In this document: one piece after another, positions 26,622-38,400 of the stretch
How positions within the stretch are numbered: the first letter of the stretch is position 1
Layout: the number at the start of each line of letters is the position of its first letter
Assembly (NCBI RefSeq): GCF_030684315.1
Contig: NC_081387.1
Span: 20,270,678 to 20,334,677 of the forward strand
DNA from: Stegostoma tigrinum
Taxonomy: Eukaryota
Length of the DNA stretch: 64,000 bases
Direction of reading: 5' to 3'
Position numbers and translations under genes: made by a program
Notes under the pieces: model-generated
Told to the model about the DNA's origin: nothing
Seen by the model: only the letters and a program-made list of their open reading frames with translations
Database searches by the model: none

Positions 26622-26975
26622 TGTAAGGCAATGACCTATTGATATTATCGCAGGACGGTCAATCCAGAGACCCAGGTAATGTTCTGGGGACCCTGATTCG
26701 AATCCTTGCAAAATAGATTGTGGCATTTGAATGCAATAAAACACCTGGAATTAAGAGTACGATGATGACTATGAAACTGTTGTTGATTGTCTGAAAAATC
26801 CATTTGGTTCACTAACGGGCTTGAGGTAAGGAAGCTGCCGTCCTTAACTGGTCTGGCCTAGATGTGACTCCAGATCCACAGCAATGTGGCTGACTCTTAA
26901 CTGCCTTCTGGGCAATTAGGAAGAGGCAATAAATGTTGGTGAGGCCAATAACATTCTCATCCCATGAATGAATTT
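26622..26975 (+). mobile_element. Second tRNA-derived SINE family (other copies about 1945-2220 +, 9044-9305 +, 10415-10680 +, 14128-14345 -)
   Basis: Shared ggttcactaa..tcc...ctggtctggcc...gtgactccaga.ccacagcaatgtgg.tgactcttaactgcc core and tRNA B-box-like head. Confidence 0.8.
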
Positions 26976-27354
26976 TTAAAAAATGACAAAATAGCGAAAG
27001 TAGAAATTACAAGATATGCAAAAATAAGTTTATGTATAATGGCCAGAAGTTAAAGGCTGAGAAGGGAGGAATGATATAAACATATGAAATAGGAGAAGAG
27101 GTAGGTCACTGGGCCTCTCAAGCCTTTTCCACCATTCAATAAGACTTTTCTGATTACTCCACATCTCCATATAATCCATAAACATTCATTCCTTTGCTGA
27201 GCAACATCTGTTTTAAAGATAGTCAAAATCGCTGTTCATTGACAATGAAAGGCAAACGATCGAAAGACCCTGTGTGACAAAATGAATTTTCCTTATCTTT
27301 GTCTTAAGTGAGCGACCTCTCTTTTCTGTAAACGACAATTTCTGATTTTAGACC

Positions 27355-27666
27355 CATAGAATCTCTTTAGTGCAGAAGTGGCCATTTGGCCCATCGAATC
27401 AGCACCAATCTTCGGAGGTGTATCGCACCTAATCTGATCTAACCCCCACTCTGTCTTCAAAACATATCATTCACCATGGCTTTCCCACTTAACCTGCACA
27501 TCCTTAGGCACTATTGGTAATTCGGCATGCCCCATCCACCTAATACACTTTTAGATTATAGGAGGAAACTAGAGTACCCGTAGGACTTTCACGCAGAAAT
27601 GGGGAGAAATTTTTAAAAAGAGGTCGCTGATGCTGTGAAGTTAGCAGTGCTAACCACTCAGCCGCC
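27355..27666 (-). mobile_element. HE1-type SINE
   Basis: Reverse-complement similarity to 22020-22318. Confidence 0.75.
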
Positions 27667-28279
27667 GATTGGCTTTAGATCGTATCACAGCTGTTTTAAA
27701 TGCACCCTGTCAGGATCCATCATTATATGTTTTAACCAAGTTGCCCCTTACTCTTCTAAGCCCATTGGATACAAGCCTTGACTTCCCAAATTTTCCTCGT
27801 AAGACAACCAACTCAGTTCAAGTATTAGTATAAGAACCCTTCTCTGCACTGTTTTCACCACGCCTGCATCAATCCTTACAATTCTGTGTACAATACTCCG
27901 GATATGGTTTCATTAATGTCTTGTGAAACTGAAATATAATCTCCTTTCTTCTGCATTTAACTGCCCTTGTAATAGAAATGTTACGCTCTTCCTGAACTTC
28001 CTAATTATGACAATGGGGAACCAGGAAATCGCAGATATCTTTAAAAAAGTCATGAAATGTTTTTAAGCTAAAACATCTTTTTAAGAAAGAGATTCGTTGA
28101 CTCGTGAGTAAGGAATGTAATTCATATCAGTAGAGAAAACATAATGGAAAAAGAACCAATAATCTCGTGAAATCTTCGAATTCTGAAAGAGGTCAAAATA
28201 AGAGATAAAATGGTTTTGACCTTCCAAAATTCCATTATTTCTGTAACGATTATACTGAATAGGAAGAGGGTAAATGCAA

Positions 28280-29190
28280 GATCATAATTCAAGAAAGGAG
28301 AAAGAGATAAAATGTGGACTGACACCAGCTATTGGTTTAATAATTATTATTAAGGAGTGGTTAACAATATCTTTGTCAAAATAAATCAGTTGGTGTTGGC
28401 ATGTATCTTATGGAAATTAAATCTTACCTGGTCATTTTCTTAGCTATTTTGTGAAGACACTACCAATAGCGTAAATAAAGGGACATTAGTCAGTGAGAGA
28501 AACTGCAAATTTCCAAAGCTCATTCCATAAAGCACAGCGTATAAATCTATTACACAGTTTAAATGTTCATGGGGTGGGAGGCACGTATTTATGTAAGCAA
28601 GGGTAGGTTAATGGGCGGGTAGTACAAAACAGGCAGAAATGCGACATATTCTGACAGCAACGTTCTATTAGAGCAGAGCATCAATGTCAGTATGAGGGCT
28701 TTTGGAATTTTCAGTCCAAAATAAATGACTTAGATGAAGAGACGGAAAGAAATAGCTTTCTGATGTTAAAGATAATTGGGAATCCAAGTTGCAAGGAAGA
28801 AGCAAAGAGATGAGACGACATAAGAAAGTGCCTTGTGGATAAGTGACAGTCTGTAGATTATTTAGAAACTATTTAATGAAAGGACAGCATGCATGGTCGG
28901 TAAATTTATTGATTACGCAAAGATAGGGGAGCTGGTAATTTGTCAAGAAGAGATAAAGAGCCTGCAAAGGGAATTGCAGTGGACAATAATTTGACAGATG
29001 CAACACAATGTTAGGAAACATGATTTTTTAATCTGACAAAAGAGGCAATTACTTAAATGAAGAGATTGCAAGAATATTTGGGTGCCCTGGTACACAAGTC
29101 ACATAACTTGGCATGCAAGTACAACAATAGATTACAGAAGGAAATTGAATATTATTACAAGGTTATTACAAGAATATAGAATTTGAAAAT
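28280..29190 (+). mobile_element. Highly decayed CR1 RT fragment(s)
   Basis: Residual similarity to CR1 RT 3' half (SKFxxxxKIG-like, lgvlvh-like segments). Confidence 0.5.
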
Positions 29191-29609
29191 ATGTAGTTTT
29201 TTTTAAAATAAAGCCATAGACAAGTACTCCAAGATCTCCCAGCTCTTCTGTTCCTCTGAGCTTCTGATAGTCTTGCTGTTCATCATGCTCCTCATTAAAT
29301 TAGACACCTGACTATTTACTTTTAGGGGCTATCTGTTAGGCAATGATTTTATCTCTGTAGCTGTGGGTGCTGAAGGAGTTTATTCATTTTGGTGACGAAT
29401 GATATGGCTGAAAAATTGCTTCCAACGTTAAAACTATATGAAAAATATGGAATACTGAGGTTATAGAGTGTGTTTATAAGGGGCGAGGGAGAGACATATT
29501 CTTGTGACATGAGTTGGCCCATAGTGTTGAGTAATAAATGTCTGCAGTGATATACATTTACAAACATTAACACTGTTACCTGTTAACTCCCAAAAATTAC
29601 GTAGCCAAA

Positions 29610-29895
29610 TGATTATGCTCCTGTCCAACCTCTTCCAAAAGATGCAGGAGCTTGAAAGCATTTGCCAACAGGTTTAAGGCCAGCTTCTTCCTTGCTGTTA
29701 TTAGACTGCTCAATGGGCCTTTCTAATTTCAAATAATGTTGATATTGTTACTGTTCATTTTGCTTTGCAACTGGAACCTTGTTCTTTCTGAGCACCCTTT
29801 AATCTGTTTGTACTTGTTTGCTATGACTGCCTGTACTGTTCACAAAACAAAACTTTGCATTGTACTTAGGTGCATGCGACAATGACAAATCAAAT
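29610..29895 (+). mobile_element. Rex1/Babar LINE 3' end
   Basis: Encodes RCRSLKAFANRFKASFFLAVIRLLN, followed by a ...catgcgacaatgacaaatcaaat tail. Confidence 0.75.
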
Positions 29896-30656
29896 TATCC
29901 CTCATCTTAGTCGCTTCAAATTAAACAAAGTTAATGTAAGCACAGCTTATTACTATACACTTTTTCTTCTTACAGCAGTTGTCTCTTTGCCTTCCACTGT
30001 TGACTGATGAGAAAGTAATAATATAGGAGGATGTTAATTCACCTTATTCAACTTGTTGAATCTGGCTTTATAAAGTGGAAATGAGTGAAACAGAGACCTC
30101 TGGCATGATGTTGCCATCATGTTACCCAAAATCACGCGGCGCATTTCTTTGTCATGTGAGGCTGAGCAGAGTCAAATTATATTAAAGTAATTCTAAATTA
30201 ACTTCAATTAAGCAGAATTATACAATGTTAGATTAATCAACGAACATAATCTGATTATGTGATTATATCTAAATTATTCATAAAATGTTTATGCTGCCTC
30301 TTATTCCTAAACCCTCCAGACTGATACACATGGAAGGTGTACATGATTCACCACGGAAGTAAACTAAGTATGCTTACACAAAGTCCGACAAACCCACGAT
30401 TGCTTCCATCTACAAGGATTAAAGGGAAACAGATATATAAGAACACCTCCACCTGCAAGTTTCCTTGCAGACACTCATCATCTTGATTTAGAAATGTAAT
30501 ATCAGCTGGAAGGACATCACCATTCCAACCTACTCCAGCAGTGCCCAGTATTCCAAGTTTCAGCCAATTCGCTTCACTCCACATTTTAATCAGTAAATGG
30601 TTGGAGGTGCTAAATACATTGTTGGTTTTATTTTCTATCGAAGTAGCACTACAAAT

Positions 30657-30957
30657 CATAGAACCCCTACAGCGCAGAAAGAGACCACTCTGCCCGCCGA
30701 GTCTGCACTGACCCTCTGAAACGCATCCCACACAGACCCCGAACCTTGTTCCTGAATCCCGCCTTTATGATGCCTAGTCCATTTAGCCCACACATCCCTG
30801 GACATTGCAGTTTCGTGTTGCCAGTCTACCTAATCTGCAGATCTATGGACTGTAGGAGGAAACCTGAAACCTACGCAGTAACGTGGAGAACTGACAGTCA
30901 CTCGCGGCTGCAATCGAACCCTGATCCCTAAGGCAGCAGTGCCGACTACTGTGCCAA
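30657..30957 (-). mobile_element. HE1-type SINE
   Basis: Reverse-complement similarity to 22020-22318. Confidence 0.75.
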
Positions 30958-31666
30958 CTTTCATCGAGACTTTGCCTCATGAAATAAGTGCGCTGTCCGA
31001 TGATGATATATTGTTTATCTTTGTCTCCACATCCCAGGCATTTAGAAGAGTGGGGCGAAAATGCGTGCGATGCTGAGGTGTTTTAGTCCCATGTCGGACA
31101 GCCTATCTGCACAATCAAGAACTAGGGACACCGCTGTCAGTTAAGGGTTAAAGTTGAGAAATCATTAGACGAACATTCTTAATTCAATATGTTGCGAATA
31201 TATAGAATGTTCTACACCAGGGGGCGCTGGATGCCACCGTAAAAGTATTCAGCGCAACAAAAAAAAAATCAATAGATCATTAGAGATAACTAAGTGCGGA
31301 GCTGGATGAACACAGCAGCATATAGATCATTAAACCTCGATTTGGGTATTCATGGCGAACCAGAAATTGTTGAACACTATTTTTTACGCTTAATGTTAAA
31401 CCTGGGCCACTTGTATTCGTCCTTTCAAGAGGAAGGGACGTCGCATGCAAAGACACCACGAATTGCACACCCCTCATTGTACTTGCACTGAGTGGTTTGC
31501 TGGGCCATCTTAGCAACTAAGATTCAAATTATTGCAGCCGCAGGTCGTCTGGAGGAACTAAGGATGACTGACAACCCTGTCGAAAATGTTAGTGGATCAG
31601 ATAACACTTTAAAATAATCATGGCAGTTTCATGGCATACCAGGGCAGCTTACAATTCCAGAGCAGT

Positions 31667-31672
31667 TTTATT
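31667..31672 (-). promoter_or_regulatory. Candidate polyadenylation signal for gene A
   Basis: AATAAA on the - strand about 470 nt after the stop codon. Confidence 0.35.
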
Positions 31673-32144
31673 AGTTAAGTTTAACACGGCAAGTGTGAGA
31701 TAGAAACACTTTCCCATCGAACACTAGTTCATTCGCCTAATTCTTGCGCTAGAAATTAGAAGGAATATACTTAATTGAAAGCATCACGACAAAAGAAGAT
31801 AAATAGGACAAATGTAACAGACAGAACATCAAGAGAATGACATTTCACGTCGCTGTCTGATTCTTGCAACTTGTTCAGGTGAAATTATTGGAACAACTTG
31901 AAGCGCTCATGTCACTAAAATGTTGTCATATTTTGCTTTCGCATTGAATAATTAAGGTTTGCCATAAGAGCATTTACTGTCAATGAATCTGCGTATAAAA
32001 CAAACAAGCACTTACAATAACATTTGCGCTTACGAAGAGCGGGAAGTTGAATAATCCGTTAGACGCTACACTCATCCCTAAACTTGGCTTAAATTGCCTG
32101 TGCTTCACCCGTTAGAAAATGCAAGCTCCAGTTCGGCACAAACT

Positions 32145-32429
32145 CTACAAGCACACTGCTGCATACACGATCTGCTCGCCCTTCGTTCCGGCTGTCGGTG
32201 GGGTACTGAACCGAACCCCAGCCTCGCTCTGACCCTGTTGTGGTGAGGCCGAGTACACTATCGACACTTCATTACTTTTTGGAATTGGCGCCGACCCTCT
32301 CTTTGCTGGGTTTTCTGTCTGCGCGCTCAACCACTTTGTCTCGCTCACAGCCTGATCTGGATGACGGTGGATGTTTGAGCGGCTGATATTCAACTTCGTA
32401 TAAATTGTGGCATTGGACAAGTCTTCATC
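32145..32429 (-). CDS. Gene A terminal cytoplasmic exon with ITSM/ITIM-like motifs
   Basis: ttttcag acceptor, phase 0: DEDLSNATIYTKL...SIVYSAS...EQIVYAAVCL*. Confidence 0.85.
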   Translation of the reverse strand, partial: DEDLSNATIYTKLNISRSNIHRHPDQAVSETKWLSAQTENPAKRGSAPIPKSNEVSIVYSASPQQGQSEAGVRFSTPPTAGTKGEQIVYAAVCL

Positions 32430-35400
32430 CTGAAAATAACCAGATCATTTGTTACAATATTTGTAAATAACGGACGGCAGATTCTCTAGGTGAGAAAATA
32501 TATAACTAGCTACTACAATAGTGCTGATATATTTCCTAGCCTTTTGCTGTGGGTTTCGAATAAATGCTTTCTTCTTCGTTATTGTATTGGGCATCTTGCA
32601 CTTCACGACCCATAACACCGCGCAAACTGGACAGAATTATACCAGTGTTTGTGAAATATCTGCTTTGATATTATATACCACCGTGTCATGTGCTAAAAAA
32701 ATTTCCCTGACCTTATGCAACTGCAAAGGATTTTTTTCTCGGCTGTCGCTGGTAACATTTTTAAAGCATTTTTACATCAGAAACAACCCTCCGTTTTCGA
32801 TGTCACAACAGCCAGTGGGTAATGGAAATTTTGCATTCGTTGCGGGAATGAGCAAAAAATTGACCATGAACCCACTTGCTTTGCATTCCGGGCGCAAGAT
32901 GGGAGTTTCATCTCACAAACGATTACAGGAAAGATAGACTGACAATGAGTTTGCGCACTACTCGCTCACACTCTAGACCTGTACTTGGTCTAAGTCCACA
33001 GCACTCAAGTGACAAAGCCAACAGAGTTTCCACTTTAATCACTTCAAAGCAATCATGGCCTGTGCGCACTGTCGGGAGGCACTGTCATTTAGTAACAACT
33101 GAAGATAAAATGGTGAAGCAGAGCATGAGACGTTAACGTAGAGCATTGAACAGTACCGCTCGGGAAGAGGCCCTTCAGACCACAATGTTGAGCCGAACAT
33201 GACGCCAAATTAAACTAATCCCATCTGCCTGCCTTGGTCTATGTCGCTTCATTTCTTGCATATCCATATGCTTATCTAAAAGTCCCTTAAACGCGCCGAT
33301 CGTGTCTGCCTCCACCACCACCCCGACAACGCTTTCCAGGCTCTTAACATTTTCTGTGTTAGAAAAAAAAACTTGCCCTTCACATATACTTTGAACTTTC
33401 GCCTTCTCACTTTACGAGCATGCTCCTTAGTATTAGATATTTCAACTTTGGGTAAAAGATTCTGACTGTCAACCCTACATATGAATCCCTTAATTTTATA
33501 GACTTCAATTAAGTCGCCCTTCAGCGCCCGCCACACCCCCCCCCCCCCCCGTTCTCGAGAAATTAACCCGGGTTTTCCTAGCCTCTCCTTATAGCTCATA
33601 CCCTCTAATCCAGGCAGCATCCTGGTAAACCTCTTCTGCACCCTCTCCCAAAGCCTCGGCATCCTTCCTGTAATGTAGCAACCAGAATTGAACGCAGTAC
33701 TTCAAGTGTGGCCCAACTAAAGCCTTTGAAAGAAGCAAAAGACATCCTGACTCCGGCACTCAATTAATCGACCACTAAAGGCCTGCATGCCACATGCCTT
33801 CCTTACCACCCCGTTTACTTGCTTGGCCATTTTCAGGGGTCGAGTAATCGAATTCGCGTGACGCAATGTACAATTTTAAAAAAAACTAGCTTGCAGTGAT
33901 GTCTCTAGTGTAAGGAAAGTTTGTAAGAATAAAAACAAAATGATCAGCAGCTGAATGCAAGGAGCAAGAGTCTTTTCTTCCGAAGGTATTAAAAAAATTG
34001 AGAGCAGGGATATTGGGCAGTCTCTAGCGGTTCGGAAGCAGAATTTATAAGAGCGATGCGTGGCTGGATGCACTCTAGATTTCATATCTAGAAACGTTGG
34101 GACGCCGGAGACAGTGGTCAGCTTGTCTTGTTAATAAGAAGTCGCAATGGATTTGTGCTAGAAAGTAAAATTACTACCTTCCTCTAGGATAAGGACAATA
34201 GAAACATAGGATCGTAGAATCCCCACATGGAAGCAGGTCTTTCGGCAAATCGAGCCTGCACCGACCTTCCCAACAGCGTCCCACCCCACGCAGACCCACC
34301 CCACTATATGCCTGCAGCCCGCATTTCCAATGCTCGATTCACATAGCCTGCAAATCCCTGGACACTTTGGGCAACGTAGCGCGGCCAATATACCTAACCG
34401 GCACAGTTTTGGATGTGGGAGGAAACCGGGCCACCAGGAGGAAATCTTCGCAGACAAACCAGATTTCCATTCTCCAGGCTTCGGTTATATTAAGCATTCC
34501 AGGATAAAATTTCACTTGTAGCCCGGCTTCGACGTTAGTGTTTCTCATTTTCATCTTCATCTGATCTGCTCACCGAACCCCCCCCCCCCCCCCCCCACCA
34601 CATACCCCGCCATCCCATCCTCACCCCCATAGAAAACGTGACACCAGTACAAACATTTGGATACAAACTGCCGACTCATTTAGTCACCATTTTGCCTGTA
34701 GAATAAACTGCACTTCAAATTGACATATCTTGCTGAATACTTGCTTCCTGCTCATATTCAAAGCTTGGAGTCAAGCACTTAATATTCCTTATTATTACTT
34801 GCCATCCTCATCTTTTGTAGCATAATGATCACGTATAATGTGAAACTTTCCCCTCATAAGCCTTTCTCAAAGATCATCACCTAAAATTGCCATCAATCTG
34901 AGTACAAAGCAAAAGCCTTAATGGGAATGGAGTACATACCTCATTTGCAACTTGGTCTCCAGTTCCGTTATCTATAAAAGTTATTTTTAATTGGTTAGAT
35001 ACCTTAAAGCAGGAACAAAATTAACAATTGCATAAATGCAGTGCTACCATCAAGGCATTAGGAAGAAAGATCTAGAACTTCTGCATTTCTTTACATGTTG
35101 ACTGCAGCAGTTCGAGAGGCAGCTTAACACCTCCTTCTGGGGGCACCTAGAGATAGTCAATAAATACTGGCCCAGCTACTGACATCTGAGGCCCACCCGT
35201 GAATAAATTGAAAAAAAAATCTTGGAGTTTGAATGTCAAAAAAGTGGCTCATGAGTGCTGGTCTCTTTAGTGAAGTATTTTCCTTTAAAAAAGAGACAAA
35301 GCTTACAAGAGGCTCTTCTGGAATAGTGATTGCCTAGCACTGTGATATCTTGAAAAGTGTCCATTTACAGAAGACATCTTCAAATGCACGGGGGTGGATA

Positions 35401-38400
35401 AATCCCGGAGACCAGATCAGATATATCCTAAAATCTTGTGGGAAGCTATGGTTGGGCAGTTTGCTGAGATATTTCATAGACTCCCCACAGGGCCGAAATA
35501 GGCCACTTGGCCCAACAGGTCCATACTGACTCTCTAAGGAACATCCCTCCCATACTCCATCCCCTAACCTATCACTGTAATCTTGTAGTTCCCCTAGCTG
35601 CTGCACTTAACCTGCACAATACAGGCAATTTAGCACAGTCAGCCCACCTAACCTGCATATCTTTGGACTGTGGGAGGAATCCGGAGCACACAGAGGAAAC
35701 CCACACGGACACAGAGAGAGTGTGCAAACGCCATGTAGATAGTTACCCGAGCTTGGAATTGAATCTGGGTCCCTGGTGCTGTAAGGCACAAGTGCTATAT
35801 ACTGAGCCATCATGCCACTCCTTAATATTACGCCATTCATAGCCAGAGTTGAGGTGCCATAAGACTGGAGGTTGGCGAATGTGTTGCCATTATTTAAGAA
35901 AGGTGGTAAGGAGAAACTAGGGAACTATAGACTGGTGATCCTGACATGAATGGTGGGCAAGTTGTTCGAGGGTACTCTGAGGGACAGCAATTACATGTAT
36001 TTGAAAAGGCAAGGATTGATTAGGTACTGTATAGTCAAAATGGCTTTCAGCACGAGAATTTATCGTTCACGAGCTTGATTGAGGCTTTTGAAGAAGTGAT
36101 GAAGAAGACTGATGTAGCCAAGGCAGTGGGCGTTGTCTATATGGACTTTAGACAAGGTGTTTGAAAAGGTTTGCATGGTAGACTAGTTAACTAGGTTAGA
36201 TCACGCGGAATCTGGGGGATCTAGCCATTTGGATACAAAATTGGCTCGAAGGTAGGAGGCAAAGGTGAGTGGTGGAAGATTGCTTTCCAGACTGGAGGCA
36301 AGTGACCAGTGGTCTGCCAGATAGGTCAGTGCAGGATCCATTACTTATTGCCATTTGTACTTGATTATGATTTAGATTTGATCATAGGAGGTATACTTAG
36401 TAAATTTGCAGTTGACACCAAAATAGGCAGGGTAGTCGACAGCGAAGAAGACTACCTCAGAGTACAATGGGACCTTGATCAGCTGAGTTGATGAGTGGTG
36501 ATTAAAATTTAATGTAGATTAATTTTAAGTTCTGCAGTTTGGTAGGACAAATCACGGAAGGACTTACATACTTAATGATAAGGTCATGGGGGGTGTTGCT
36601 GAAGAGACCTTGGTTGCAGGCATATTGTTCCTTGAAAGTAGAGTTGTAGGTCGCTAGAATAATGAGAGGGTATTTGGTATGCTTGCCTTTATTGGTCAGT
36701 ACATTGAATACACTGAGGGGTCATGTTGCGGCTGCACAGAATATTGGTTCAGCCACTTTCGGAACATTGTGTTCTGGTCTCCCTGTTTAGGAAAGATATT
36801 GCTAAACTTGAAAGCATTCAGAAAATGTTTACAAAAATATTGCCAGATTTGGAAGATTTGAGCATTTGGGAGAAGGTTAGGGGCTATTTTCACTGGAGTG
36901 TCAGAAGCTGAGGGGTGACCTTATAGAGGTTTATAAAATTATAATTCCAAAACTAGAAGGCATAAGATTAAGGTAATAAGGAAAAAAAACTTAAAAGAGG
37001 CCTAAAGGGTGATGTTTTCTTACAGAGGATGGTGCATGCATTGAATGAACTGCCAGAGGAAGAGATGGAGTCTGGTACAATTGCAACAATTAAAAGTTAC
37101 CTGGGTGGGATACATGTACAGGAAAGATTTAGAGGGTTATGGGGTCAATGCTGGCAAATGGAACTGGATTAATTTAGGACATCTGGTTGGCATGGACGAG
37201 TTGGGCAAAAGGATCTGTCTCCATCCTATTTATCTCTGTGACTCTATGACCCTGTGATAGTACTCAGAATGCAAGTGGCAGTAGAATCCTGTGGTTGCCA
37301 ATGGAAAGTTGTTTATACTGTGGTAATTTATAGTAGACGAGTAAACATTAAAGCCAATAGATTCTTTTCAGCCCAAAATAATGAAGGATTGATTTTGGTT
37401 TAGAAAACCCCAAGTTTGATATTATTTAGGGCAGTCCCAAAGGCAGCTGACTACATTCAGGAACAATTATTATTTGCCTCATAGAAAGGAAATGTTCAGA
37501 GCAGTTCGGGGAAATTGTTATTCAGCCAAGTTTATGCTGTGTAGCTTTCGAATCAGAAGCATACAGTTAGGAATCTGCATGGTATTGGAAACAGAAAGTC
37601 TAACATCTCAGTATCATGGGTATTCATGTAAGAAGATTTTCACAGTTCATAGAAAAGAAATTAGGGAGAATCAATTAAGCATAAATACTTGCAATATTGA
37701 ACTTATTCCTCGAGATTTGATTCTCTTAACAATGTCAGCAAACACATGAAAGTGCTGTCTTGTTGTGTTTTGTCTTTTTTAAAGAAGGTTTTTTGGGCAT
37801 TTGGTTATTTTGGTTTTCATTTTTGTTCTTCTTATTTAGTTTGCAATAAACGTTTTTGTTAAATAGGGTCTGCAGTCTCATGCGACTAATTTCAGTGACT
37901 GACTACGATTTTAATTAAAGTATAAAGATAAACATATGATCTATCAATCCAAGTTTTGTTCCAGCATCTTATTTGTCCAGTAATATCATCAGCCGGACTC
38001 ATGAAAACTTCAAGAATAAATGTTTCAGTATTTTAATTCCTTTTGTTTCGGGAATAATGGTACTTAGCCTATTGGGGCAACATGATGGTACAGTGGTTAG
38101 CACTGCTACCTCACATCACCAGGGACCCCGGGTTTAAGGTGAGCCTTGGGTGATTGCCTGTGTGGAGTTTCTTCCCGTGTCTGCATGGATTTCCTCCTAC
38201 AGTTTGAAGATGTGCAGGCTAAGTGAATTGTTACGCTAAATTGCCCTGTTGTGTGCAAGGATGCATAGGCTAGGTGGATTAGCCATGATAAATGTGGACT
38301 GACAGGGATAGGGTGGGGAAATTGGTCTAGGTGGAATATTATTTGGCAGGCTGGTGCAGACTCGATAGATCAAAGGGAGTCTATCTGCACTATAGAAATT

